Shown: piece by piece, positions 10,056 through 23,500 of the stretch
How the letters are laid out: each line of letters begins with the position of its first letter
Position numbering within the stretch: the first letter of the stretch is position 1
DNA from: a virus
Taxonomy: Duplodnaviria; Caudoviricetes
Strand: one strand, 5' to 3'
Length of the DNA stretch: 60,967 nt
Virus record (IMG/VR): IMGVR_UViG_3300046820_000595
Location: 1 to 60,967 of that record
Position numbers and translations under genes: made by a program
Notes under the pieces: model-generated
What the model was told of the DNA's origin: nothing
The model's database searches: none
What the model saw: the letters and a program-made list of their open reading frames with translations, nothing else

Positions 10056-11498
10056 ATGGCTAGCCCCTTTGACAGAGTTACGGAGTCTGATCGGATGCGT
10101 GTTTTTGAAGACACTCAATCTTTTGAAGCAGAACTTGCAGCAAAAAACAGTGCTATTTTCGACGCTGAATTAAAAAGAATGTCTATTGATGACATTAACA
10201 CAAGGAAATCAAAAGAGAATGAAAGAGATCAAGTTCTTGCGGAATATGGTCAATCAGTTATCAGCTCAACAAGTGATCCAATGGAGCGTGTTCGCAGGAC
10301 ACAGAATTTTCTTAGCAACCCAAAAAACGCTAAATACTCCAAGGAGATTATGGCAAACTCAGCCGCAGCTGCTAATATGTTCACAGCTGCAAATCAAAGC
10401 TCTATTCAATCATTGGCGCTTAAAGACGCTGAAAGAACGGATGACTTCAAAACTAAACAACAAGCATTAATGGAAAAAGTGGCTGCTCAAGAATTAACAA
10501 ACAAGGAACTTGAAGCAACCCAAAACCAATACAATTTTGAAAGAGAAAAGTTTGAAAACGAAGAACAAGCAATGGGTGTGTTCAGAAATATTACTTCAGG
10601 CATTCCGCTTGAAACAATGAGACCAGAAACAAGGGCTATTGTTGAATCTAAAATAACTGAGGCTGATAAAAAGATTAGAGAGGCGGCAACTGCGCAAGCA
10701 AGATTCAAAGCTATTCGCGACTATGCTTCTGCATTTGGACCATTAGCTCAAGCAAGCCAAACATTCACCACTCTCAAATCAAACTTAGCAACAAGGCATA
10801 ATGCGACTATTGCTAGATTGGAAGAAACTCATAGAGATGCTTACAAACTTTGGTTGATAGGCAATAAAGCAAAACCTGAAGCTGAAAAAGAACCTGAAAA
10901 TTTTGAAACGTTTTTAATATCTTCTGCATCAAGCGATGAAACTAATGCGATTAGGCAAGACATTGCAAAAAACAAAGATTCTCAAAGAGCAATTGAATCT
11001 CTTATGCACCTTTCTAGTATTAAGTCAGAAATGAAAAGCTATCTTGATGCTGTAGGATCATCAGATTTTTCAGCACCTATTTTAGTGCAAAGACAAGCTG
11101 GTAGGCTAACTCAAAGAATGAACCTAATTATTGATGCGCATAAGAATGAGACTGAAATCGAAAAAGCTGAACTAGACAGAATGAGAGTTCAATCTACTGT
11201 TGACAAGAATCAAGCAACAGCTGACAATGCAAGAATCGCCTTGCTTAACAAGCAATATCAAACAAGGCTTAATACTATTCAGAAAGAGAAATCAACAAAC
11301 ATTAGAAGGAGAAACGAAATTACAAACATGCTTCAAGAAAGCGACCCTGGAAAGAAACCTGCAAAGCCTGATGATCTCAAGGAGGAACTTCAAACCCTTG
11401 TGAAGCAATATGAAGCTTTGGATAACGAAAAAAATAATCTTGTCCTCCCTTCCGTTACTAGCCCAGAATCCTCTGGCGCAATTCCCGAGATTCCTTAA
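10056..11498 (+). CDS. Putative internal virion (ejection) protein, coiled-coil rich
   Basis: ~480 aa, Ala/Glu/Lys/Gln-rich, no Cys seen; start set at ATG 10056. Confidence 0.5.
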   Translation: MASPFDRVTESDRMRVFEDTQSFEAELAAKNSAIFDAELKRMSIDDINTRKSKENERDQVLAEYGQSVISSTSDPMERVRRTQNFLSNPKNAKYSKEIMANSAAAANMFTAANQSSIQSLALKDAERTDDFKTKQQALMEKVAAQELTNKELEATQNQYNFEREKFENEEQAMGVFRNITSGIPLETMRPETRAIVESKITEADKKIREAATAQARFKAIRDYASAFGPLAQASQTFTTLKSNLATRHNATIARLEETHRDAYKLWLIGNKAKPEAEKEPENFETFLISSASSDETNAIRQDIAKNKDSQRAIESLMHLSSIKSEMKSYLDAVGSSDFSAPILVQRQAGRLTQRMNLIIDAHKNETEIEKAELDRMRVQSTVDKNQATADNARIALLNKQYQTRLNTIQKEKSTNIRRRNEITNMLQESDPGKKPAKPDDLKEELQTLVKQYEALDNEKNNLVLPSVTSPESSGAIPEIP

Positions 11499-11530
11499 AT
11501 AGCAACAATCAATAAAACATTACATAAAAT

Positions 11531-14500
11531 ATGATCAATCCATTTGAAGACGAAATTTTTACAGCTCCTTCGATTGCCAAAGCTCCTGATGACGCAATTG
11601 CTACAGAAGAAGATGATAAAAGCAAAGAGGAAGTTGATAAAAATTATGATTACTATGGCATCAATTTGCCAGACGATAAGAATCCCTTCAAAAAGATTGA
11701 TGCGGCTTCATGGTTTACTAATCCAGAGGCAAGAAAACAACAAGCTGCTACGCTTGCTGAGCAAATAGCAGATGAATACGAAAACTCTGACGTTACAGTT
11801 CCAGTCATTAGGAATGGTAAGGTAGAGCAAGTAAAGGCATCTAATAACGGCGTTTTAACTGATGCAGGGCAACATGCGCTGGCTCAAACATTGATGATGA
11901 TTGATCAAGCCAGCAAAGACCCTAGTGGTGGCGCAAGAAAGAATCCATTAACTGGCAAGACAGAAGCAGCTTTTGGCAGTAAGTTCCTGACTCCTTACAA
12001 TGCTGATGAGAAACTTGCTGAAAGAGAAAAGAAAAGAGTTGCTGGAGAAAAAGGTGAATACGGCGCTACTGAATATCAATTAAGCAATGATCAAGTTTTT
12101 GATTATGGACACGTATCCAAGGTTATTGATGCTTACGCAAAAATCAATGATGTTAAGCCAGATGAATTGAATCCTGAGAGCTTTGATGCAAAGAGCTTTT
12201 TGGATTTGCGCGGCAAGGTTAAACAAGCTCTTCCAGAAGGAATGCTTGAGCTTGGTGCTGAACTAGATCAAACCAAGGCTCCAGTTCTAGATGACAAGTC
12301 ACAAAAGATTTTTGATAAAGCTCTTGGCAGGTATTTTGCTGAAAAGAAAATGGGCGACAAACTTGTCGATGTTTATGATGGTCAGCCAATTGTAAATTAC
12401 GAAGCTCTTGCTGAAACTGGTGATCTTAAAAGATTTGAGTCTGAATTAAATGGGCTAGAACTAGCTCCTTCAGCTAAAAAGATTTTTCTTTCTTCATTTA
12501 AGAAGGAGTTTGAAGGGCAAGCTGCTAGCTTGTTACTTAAGCAAGCTCAAGGAGATATTTACAGTGATGATTCGACAAAGCCAATTTTAGAAGCTGCTGA
12601 AAAAGGACAAAGTTTTTATAACCTACTTAAAGAAGATCCATACGCATTGCAGTCTACTGGAAGCAACACGCTAGACTTCATGAAAAGAGTAGCAGATCAC
12701 GCAACTAGCATTACAGCAGGGGCTACATCATCAATTGGAAGCATAGGGCAAATGTTTCTTGCTGGCGGAGCTAAGGCAATGGGATTTGACGAATATGCAG
12801 CAGATGTAGTTTCTGGCATTGCTACTGTTTCTGATCAAATTGGCGCTTTTAGGGAAACTCGTGGTTTTGGAAAAGATCAACTTGATTTAGGATTGTTTAG
12901 TGTTACAACTGGGGATATTCATCAATTGATAAGTGAAGGCGCTATTGCTTTTGCAACAATGGGTGCTTCTGCATTATTGTCCTCATCAAGAATTGCGGCA
13001 ACAACCACAATTAAGGGTGCTGTCAACATCGGCCTTCAATCTGCTGCTAAAAAGATCACCGAAAAATCTGCCAAGTCTGCATTGAGTTCTCTTTCTCAAA
13101 ATTTAATTAAGTCCCAATCAGTTATTGGTTCCGTGTGGAAGAATGCTAGCAAAGCAAGAACATTGGATAATGTATTGGCAACCACTCTTGAAGGATCGTT
13201 CCGTTCAGCCGCATCCGCTTGGGGAGAGTCATATCAGAAAAACATTGATAAAGGCCTTTCTAATGTTGATGCGTTTAATGATTCAACTGGTCAAGCGGTG
13301 GCTAATGGATTGGCAACATTTGTTGCTGGTGCAATCATGAACTCAATTGCTCCAGGTCTTGATAAAATCAATGTTGCACCTGATTCAGGTTTATCGTTAA
13401 CGCAAGCAATTAAAAACACAATCGCAAATAGGGCTGCGCAGAAAAGCATTTCAAGTGGTTTGAAAAGCTTCCGTAATAACATAAAGAATAGAAATGATCT
13501 CGTAAAAGGAGTTGCTGATACAATTCGTGAAGAGGCTTCTAAGCAGGGGCTTAAAAACTATCTTGGTGGAGTTGCTGTCCAAGGACTTGGTGAAGGCATA
13601 GAGGAATCAATGGATGCTGCTTTAGCCAATGCTTTGGATCAATACTTAAACAATTCTGAGGAGGCTCGTAAAGAGTTTGAAAAGAAAGGGTATTGGAATC
13701 AAATAATTAAAGCTGGTTTCCTTGGAGCTATTATGGGTTCTGGCATGAGCACGATTTCAAGAACTTCTGATAGGAATCTGCAAATTGCCGAAGACGCAAA
13801 GGCAGCGATGTCTAGTTTCATAAAGAAAGTTCCAGAGTTGGCTAAGTATGCTGATCAAGAAATTATTGTTCAGGGCGCTAAAAAGGATGCTCCTGAAATT
13901 AAAACTACGATCAATCAGATCCTTCAAAACGGCACTTTGGACCAACAGGTAGAAGCTATTGCTAACATTGGTAAGACACGCGCTCAAAATCTTCTTTCGC
14001 CAACTAAAGTGGGTGGGACACAAGGCACTGGAATTACGCCAGCAGCAGACGCGCAAACTTCATTAGCTGAGAATAAGCTACCTACTGCCGATGCTACTCC
14101 ATCTTTAGAAACTGGTTCTGCTCCAGTAGAAGAAACTGTCTCTCCGTTTAAGAAGTCTGCTACTGGCGCTGTTGATTTCAAGACTGCTGAATTTAATGAC
14201 ACTGATAAAGGCGTATCATTTGAGGTTTCTTCTAATGCGCCTAAATCACAAGGACTTCAATTAAAGATTGCTGCCACTCCCAAAACTGTTGATGGCAATG
14301 TGGAAGTTGAATGGTCGATTGAAAAAGAAACCCAACCTAATTCTGGACAATATCAGAAGATGAGAGCTAATGGTAGAGATTCTGCCGTAAAAGCATTTGG
14401 AGAAGAGTTTGTTGCTGGTATTGAAGCATCGCAAAAACAAGCTGCTGGAGCTGACCCAGTTGCTTCACAATCTGCTGTTACGGCTCTTAATAGCCAATTG

Positions 14501-17500
14501 GCACAATTACGCCCAACACAGCAACCAACTACAACAGAAACAAATGCTGAAGCCCAGCCTAAAGAAGAAGCTCCTACTGAGCCACAAAGCTTTACATTGA
14601 CTGATAACACTGGCGGACAATCCAATGTTAAGGCGCTAGTATCCAAGAAGGAGAACTTGTCGTCTTATGCTTATGAGAAAGCTCATGGAACTAAAGCTCC
14701 CGCTGGCACACTTGAGCCTAAAGCTAAAACCACAACGGCAACTGTCATGGTTAATGGCAATCCACAAAGCGTTCCCGTAACCTCATACACAATTGACGGC
14801 AAGGATGCGGATTTGCATAGTGTTACAATAGGTGACAATGAAACGGTTTTCTTTAAGAAGTCTGATTCCGTTAACGCCATTAAAGGTGCGGTTCAAGGAG
14901 CTAGTAGAGTTATGATGAAAGGTGAATTGGCCAGCAAAAACGATTATGCTGAGCAATTGCAATCTACTCCACCGCCTACTCAAAAACCTGAAAGCAAGCA
15001 ACCAGCAAAGTATTCACCAGAATCATCTGAACAAACTACTGAAAGCGGAGCTGTTTTCACTACAAGAACACGACTATCTACAGGACAAGAACAAGTATTG
15101 TGGAAGAAAACAAAATATGGTCGAAAAGTTGGAGATAAATGGGACGCAGGGTTTCCAGAAACCGTTGTATCGGTAGAAAATAAGACTACTACTGGAATGC
15201 CAGAAGAATACACTGTTGCGGAAGTGTCTAAGATTCTCCACGGTGAAAGAAAAAATGGCGAGGTAGAACTCACCATTCGTGACATGACTCCTGAAGAAAT
15301 AACAGAAGCTAAATCCAAAATGGAAAAAGCAAATGCTCAACGTCGCGAGCTTGGGATAAAAGAAGAAGTTGTTCCAGAAATCCCAGTCGCTAAAACGCCT
15401 GCTACAGAAGCCAGTAAGCCTAAAGAAAAGTCTCAAGCTCCTGCGCCTTCTAAAAAGAAAAAAGAAGAAGTGGATGAGGATGATGGTCCGATTAAAGGGG
15501 TGAATAAACTTGCTGAACCACTACGTAAAATCGCAAGGAAATTCAAAGGCATTGCGTCTAGTATTGGCGCTCAGATTATTATTGTTAAGGATGATGCTGA
15601 TCTTCAGCAGCAAATGAAAAACCTTGGTTTTGATGATCAAGCAATCAAAAATGTTGGAGATTCTCCAATGTTCTTTTCTCCTGATGACAATGTAATTATT
15701 GTTCGTTCAAATCGAGCAAATGAATCTAATTTTGAAAAAGGAATCAAACATGAAATTTTTCACGCAGTTGAAAAAATGTTTGCAGCTAGCGATGCTGGAA
15801 AGAAACTTCTAGGGGAGATTGATATTGCCAAGTTGGTTAATGACCCAGAGGTAGTTGAATACATGAAGAAGGAGTATAGCAAGTCTTACCCTGACATGAC
15901 CAATAATCAAAAGTTTGGTGAAATTACACGCGCGTTTGTTGCTGGCAAGTTGCATAAGAACACTCTTGGCCAAACTGCGTTCCAGAAATACTTGAAAGCA
16001 TTCTTGAAGTTTGCTCGTAAATTCACCAAGAAAAACACTGAGCTTAAATCCTATCTTGATGGATTAGAGAAATTCTACCTTGATACGCTTCAAGATTACA
16101 AAGCTGAAGCTGGTATTGTTGCTAGTGAGTCGTCTGGATTCAAGTCATGGATTGGCGGCATCCTTGCTTCTGGCATTAAGGCAGCTAAGATGAAGTTGTC
16201 TGGCTTTGAATCAACAAGCTCCATTAAAGCTAGCGATGAGGATATTGCCAGAATTGCTGATGAAGTGCGCGGCGATATTATTGAGCAGGTCAATGCGGCC
16301 GCAGCATTCAATAAGCCTCTCAATGCTGTTACGTTGCTTGAAAACATTAGCAAGAACATCAATGATACTCACTTGGGTATCAATAAGACAATGGACGCAA
16401 ATAGTAAAATTGCTGTCCTTCAAAATGTTCTCAAAGGATTGGAAGGTAATGATATTGATCAAACTGTTAAGGACGCAATTGCTAGTGCAATGGAGTCTGT
16501 TAACTCCGATAGGTCTGACTTGTTGATGAGCGTCCCCGATGAAAGCCAAGAGGTTCTTGATAGCGTCGAGGAGAAGAAGCAGCTTAGCAGCTGGACTGGT
16601 GTTCGTAGATACATTAAAGCAGAAGATTTGTTTAGTGATGTCAACGTGGTTAATCGCCGTGGCTTCCCAGATCAAGACTCTGAAGTTGGCGAGCAAAATG
16701 AATACACCAATTCTTACATTAGTGTTGATTTTAATAAAGAGGCGCAATCGTATCCTGACCTGGGCTTGAATCCTGGAGATGTTGTTGAGATGCTTGATTC
16801 TCTTGGTAATGTTACTGGCGTATTGGTTTACAGTCATTCTGTAGAAGTTGCCAGCCAGCAAGACGGGGTTAAGCGTTTGCAGTATCGCTTTATTAAAGGT
16901 GAAACGGTTGCTAATGGTAAAATCACTCCATTTGCCGCTATTCGTCAGGCGCAATACTCTCAAGAGTTTTACGATATGTTTGCAAAGTCTGGCATTGCTA
17001 AGACAATGTTTGGTGATGTTAATGGCAGAACTGTGATTAATACTCCTGAAGGATTGATCAAGATGGTATTTGAATCCCTTGTTGCTAAGAATGCAAAAGG
17101 CAAAGCTGTAATTAAGCAAGGAGACAAAACGCTTTCGTTTAAGGATATTTTTGTATTTCAGAAAGATAAAGACAATAAATCTCTAACTCCGTTTTATTTT
17201 AATGCTGGTGATGGGAAGATTTATGTTGATCCAGAAAAGCTTTCTACAAACTTTGCTTTCATTGAAAGCTCTGCGCTTAACAGTGATGGTAAAAAGCAAT
17301 CCACCGCCTTGCTTGTAGCTTCTACTGTAAGAGCAGCGATTGAGGAGGAATTGCTTCACCTTGCGACAGTTGGGACATTTACGCAACAAGAGCTTGCCGA
17401 GTTTGCCGATGATCTTCTTAAACGCAATGCTTTTGAAGGAATTGTGTATCAAGTGCGCAAAATGCAACGCATTACGAGTCCTATTGACTCAATGACGGAT

Positions 17501-20500
17501 GGAGAAAAAGCTATTGTTGCTACTGAGGTTCTTTCCTTCTTGCATCAAAAGTCTGCGGAAGGCGCTACTTATGGCGATCAATATGAAGAACTTTTTGAGC
17601 TTGCTGCTGGTAAAGGCAGTGCAAGGATACAGACTGCTAAGGCTTATGGTCGCCGTATGCGTTACATGCTTGGTGCTCGCGCTGCGACATCGTTTATGTC
17701 TCCACGTATGCAGAAAATGGTGGAGGTTCTCAACTCCCGCAAAGCTGAAATGGGAGTCAATCGCCGTGCTACAAACATGTCTGAATTGATTGCTCGTTTC
17801 AACCAAGAGCAGTTCCGTGGCAGTAAGAAAGCTATGCAGGATGCAATTAACCAAGCATTTGTTAATCAAGCTGCTGAAGTTAATGATCTGCGCCAAATGC
17901 TTAAGGAGAATGACATTCCTGTTCAGAATATTTTGGATATCAATTTTGAATTAAATACAGTTTCTCTTGTTCCTGAATTTAGCGATTACTACAGACTCAA
18001 ATATGGGCAAAAATCCCTTGATGACCTCAATGACTATTTTAGCCGACTAAACCAAAATGAAGCCGTTGGCAATTTGGCTGACTCCGTGCGCACTGCTCGC
18101 TCTAGAATGGATTCTCTGCGCTTGTTAATGGATACCACCAGTGAGCTAGATCGTCTTGTGGAAATGGCGACAAATGGCAATTTTGACGAATTGTCAGAGT
18201 ATTTGGAGAATCCAGAGAATCAAGGAGTGTTTGACTTGGGTTCTTTGATTCAAGTTCTTAATGGTCTTAAATACGATACGAATATCGCAAAGGGTATTGA
18301 GCGCGACAAAGCTAGAATTGAAAACGCATTTAACGCTGTATTTGATCCTCAGAAACAAGTAGCCAATAAAGATCAGGCTATTGGATACCTGTCCAATTTG
18401 CTTTCTAGGTATTATCAGAAAAATGAAATTGAAACAGATTTGGAATTTGTTGAGCGCATTGCTTCTGAAATGAATCAAAGCAAAGAGGAGTTGATTCAAA
18501 CGCTTCAATCCATGGCGCGTGAACAAGGTGGCATGTTTACATCCAATGAAAACTCTGCTCGTAGCAGCATTGTTGAACGTGATAGCAGGGATAAGCTGCT
18601 GGCATTGCTAAAAGAAAAGAACAATGCTCAACCAGAATCTCCTATTCGCCCAACGTATTACTCTTACGCGCAAGCTGTAAGTGACTACAATGATTTGGTT
18701 CTTAACTACGCCGATATCCTTCTCAATAAGAACTTGAGTGAAGTTGATGAGTTCGGCCGCAACTTTGCCGATGTCACAACTGCCCTAGAGAACCCTGCAT
18801 CAACCCTGACCTTTAATGTCAATTTGTTTGGATACAATAACGAGCTGGCTACAACGGCAATGGGTCATCGTGCCGCAAGAACAAAAGCGCTAAGTGACAG
18901 TCCTGACGATGCTGCATTCAAAGCTACTTTTGCATACCAACAAGCTTTTGTCGGCCGCATTATTAGTAATGACAGAAATGATGCCATTGATAAAGTTGTG
19001 CGCATTGAGTCTAATGCTGCATTCCTTGGTGAAGAGGCTTACAACGATTTCTGGATTGCTCGCCTTTCTGGTGAAGTGCCAACCATTGGCGGCTTGCAAA
19101 TAAGCTACAAGGACTATCATACAACAATGGGCTTTCAACCATTGATCACCAGAGAACGCGCTTCCGATGGCACAGTGGAACCAGAAGACCTTTCTTTGTA
19201 TTTGCTTAAGCTTAGAGTTCCTGATGCAGAAATTGATTTTAGCAGCAAGATTTCTGGCAAGAAGCCTTCTATTCGGAACTTCAGAGATAACTTCTTAAAG
19301 CTAGCTCAAAGTGATGCGGCAACAAAAGAAGCTGCCGCGAGACTGATTACTGAGCAGCTAGTTGATGTTGCGCAAATTGGCAAGTGGATTAGTGACCTGC
19401 AAGACTTGATTGGTTATGACAATAAAACTGGTTTGTTTGATGTTGTTGAGTCATTGAATAACAAGGAAACATTTGCTTCTAAGTTTGCTAAGCAATTGAT
19501 TTATCGCATATTTGACAACAAGCTTGTTGTTGGTGGAACAAAGGGTTTGACCGTTAATGGCGCTGACCCAATGAATCCAACATTGTTTGAGCATTTGCAA
19601 TTGATTCAAAGAGTTTACGACGCAACGCATCCAGGAAAATCTGGTAAAAAGGAAGTCAATAAAGATGATCAAGACTTATTGTTGTCGTCACTTCCAATTA
19701 TCCTTGAGCAGATTGACGCATTGAATAGCGATATTGGTCTGGCGCGGAAAACCAACTCTCGCTTTAAGAGTCAGTATGTTGCTTCTACAATCATGGGCGA
19801 TATTCGCTTGATTCAGGAGCAGGGCGCTGAAGGTATCCGTGCAAACGCCGAGCTAATCAAAGCTATTCAGGATTCTTATTTTGACATCCAAGCAATGGAG
19901 GATGCTGAGTGGCTTACAAATTACCACACTAAAAACGGCCCAGTTGGATACAGCGGGGTCACAGCTCTTCAGCTTATTGATTCCTTTGCTAAAATTCCCA
20001 GTTCTGCAATGAATGAGTATTTTGTTACTCAAGGAATTCAAGGCACTAATGTAGCTGCGTTGCTCCAGAGATACTACCAAGCTCAAGAAATGTATGCAGA
20101 ATTAGGCATGGGTTCTCCAAGGGCTAAGGATAGTGACGGAAAGACTACTTACGCTCTAGACAACCTTACGTTTAACACAGTTGAGCGTGTTGGTGATCGC
20201 CCGAGCGAAACTGACGAGGAGTTTAATGATGATCGCCCAGCCTTGAATAGAGGGCAAGAAACGGCTGGAACTATGCCTCAAGGCTATGAAGGAACGCAGG
20301 AGCAACTTGAATCTCAGAGACGCAAATCCTTGATGGAAGAAGTCAAGAGAATCAAGTCTTGGATGTTTGCTTCTAGTGTAAGTATATTCCAGTTATTTGA
20401 TGAAAATCTTGAATTGAGTTACACCAGCAAAATCAACACGAATAGAGCTAAAACGTTCTTCCGACTTTTTGCTGAGGCGCAAGTAAATGGTGAATCGAAT

Positions 20501-23500
20501 AAAGAATCAAAACAAAGATTGCTTAACTTGGTTAGGGATCAAATGGTCTTCCTTCATTACAAGTATAACACTAATGAGATTTCAGTAGATTCTCCTTTTG
20601 TTGTAATTGCTGACAATCTTTTCAATTACAAGCACCCAATGGAATTTCTGTTGGATGTAGCTGAAGCCATTGCTGAGAAAGAAAGAGCGTTTATCAATGA
20701 TCTTCAGGCTCACTCCAAAGACGTTGGTGTAATGGTTGCCAAGGAACTCGGTAAAAATGTCGAAAGCAAAAAACAAGCTGACTTGAATGGCGATGGAAAC
20801 ATTGACAATGTTAATGCACTTGCTTCTGAGTCTTTGTTGAAATCGCTTCAAGAGGATATTGATAAAGGCAAGCTTGTTGATGGCACATTATTCCATGCGC
20901 AAATGTTCAAGATGGGCAGTAGCCAAAGCATGATGGATTCTATTCTTTTGGAAAAAGCTCCATTGTTTTCATCATTGCTTCAGTCGATGCCCAATTTGAT
21001 CATTTATCAGCCATCCCAATACGAAGGGAAGCGCAATTTCATTGAGAACAATATTGAGTTTGCAACCCTACCTAATAATGACGTTGTTTTGTATATTGGC
21101 AATGCAACTGGGCTTGGCTCTAGTAAACAAGCAGAATTGCTTGAGCGTGTATTGACGGCTCGAATTAAGCAAGAAATTGGCGCAAATGGAACACAGTCTC
21201 CTTTAGCCGCCTCAATTAAGCAAATAGCTTCCACGATTAGAGAGCAAATCAATTACGTTTTCAGCACGACTCCTGAGCGTATTAGACAAATGGAGGAAAA
21301 AGCGTTTAGTGTTATTAACGGAAATCCCAATATTCCTACCAATGTTGTTAATACGCTTGTTGAACGCTATCGCAAAGCGCTTGAGTCCGATGCTGCCAAT
21401 AAGTTATCAACGCTAGGAAATCCAGCAAGTCGCGATAAGTTTGTTTCTGACATTGTTGGTGACAGGGCTGGCGATATGCAGTTGTTCTTGGATAACTTGC
21501 TTAGCGCGGATGTTGAATCCAATGAGAATAGTATCCTTCAAGACATTAAGCTGATTGTTGACATGTTTACCAATCCAGACACATACAAGATTCTTAGCGC
21601 AATCAAGTCTCCTGAAGTTGAATTAACTAGCACTGAACTTGATCCTAAATACAAGGAGTTCTTTGACACAGCAATCAATCGCTTTGTTTCTGAAGAAGTT
21701 CAAAGCTCGATGGTTTACGATATTGCATTGGAGCAGGGCGCTAATAACGCATTTGATGAAGACAATCTTGGAGTGTTCACCCCCGAAGCTGATACTACTT
21801 CATTCATTGTTGATGAAATTATTAGCTCTTGGAGTGACAATTTCCTGAGTGGCGAGCCAAAAGAGGATGCGAATAACGCAAGAAAAGAAAAACAAATTAA
21901 GAGCGTTATTGAGAATTCTCCTTTGGATTTGGTTAAGAGGGTTGTTGATGGATTGATTGTTGTTAATGAGGTTAAGGGTGGCAGAGAATCCGTTAATCTC
22001 ACTTATGATCAAATTGCCACAACGACAAACATCCTGAAAGAAGTAGCACCTACTCCAGACTTTATGTTTGAGTTTGTGTTTACCGAAATGGTTCATGCTC
22101 TTGCTCCTCATAATGAAGCTCGCTCTGTTCTTGATGGAACTGCGCCAGCTCCTATTGGACGGCCGCAAAATGTTTTTGAGCTGCTGCAAACTAGCTCTTT
22201 CCCAGTATTGATGAATTCAACTGGTCAAGGCAATTTCCGTTCAAGCTACAACATTACTAACTTTTACTACAATAAGGCTCCAACCACCAAGTTGTTTGAA
22301 ATGCGCCGTAAAGAAGCGTTTGTAAGCAGCTTGGCATCCGCTACGCCGATTGGCCAAGAATTACTTCAATACGTCTATGATGGCGCTGACAAGTCTGGTC
22401 AATATGCAGTTCAGCGCATTGACTTGATTGACGCTCAAGACACGTTGGCTGCTTTGCGCAATCAAATCAAGGATGTCATTGGAGAGGATATTTTCAATGA
22501 AGCTGTTGAGAATCATGAGACACTTGAATCGAGAAAGCAAAAAGACATCGAGGATGCAAATGCTAGAATTGAAGAAGTAGATCGCCAGATTCAGGCATTG
22601 AGAGAGGATGGCTTAAAGCAATTGGAACAAGTGTTATTGGATAATGCTAGGGGTAATTACAACGAGTCAATTGATACAATTCTAGACCTGGCTGTAAACA
22701 TTGCTGGTATTGTTCATGATATTGGTCAAAAACATCAAGTTGCTACATCCGCTGTTGTTAAGGACGCCTCCAGTGAAAGCGCGTTGGAGAAGTTGAATAA
22801 TTACCAAGAGTCAATTACCCAGCTTGAGCGCATTGACAAAGAAATCAAAAATCATTTGAGAGACAATTCTGGATTGATTTCTGACCCAGTTGCTTACAAT
22901 AAGGCTTATTTTGTTTTGGTGCTAAATCATAATGCTTATGCTGGTCATGCGCGTAACGCTTTAAATTCCTATGCTAATGAAGTTGCTCAATCTATTGCGA
23001 GGAACTCATTCAATAAAGCTTATGATTTGATTTCTGACGTTTCTGCTTTGCAGGAAGCTGTTGTGCAATCAATTTCAAGGGGATTAAATACATACACAAT
23101 TAACGCTGAAACCATTACTCCTCAAAATTCCGCAAGTATTAATCAATCGCTTTCAAGATTTTTGATGACAACTGGACGTAAAGCTAGTGCAATGAAAATT
23201 GCTCGCGATTTGTCCTCTCCCTCAAATGTAAGCGCATTGCTTGAAAGAGTTCAATCTAATCAAGCATTGACCAATTTGATGCAGGAGCAAGTTGATGCAA
23301 TCATCGCAAGCCCAGATACAAACGATGCCGTTAAAGAGCTGTTTAGCCGACTAAAGAAAAAAGAGCTTTCTAAATCAATGAAAGAAATTGTTTCTAAGTT
23401 TGATCCAAAATTATCTTTGAAGCAAATCTCTGACCTAGTTACTACTGAACTACTAAAAAATCCTAAATTAGTAGATAGACTTGGTAAGGAGATGTTTAGT

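Noticed and set aside
16211-17119. 302-aa minus-strand ORF and other nested ORFs inside long genes
   Set aside because: Antisense or alternate-frame shadows with no motifs or initiation signals.
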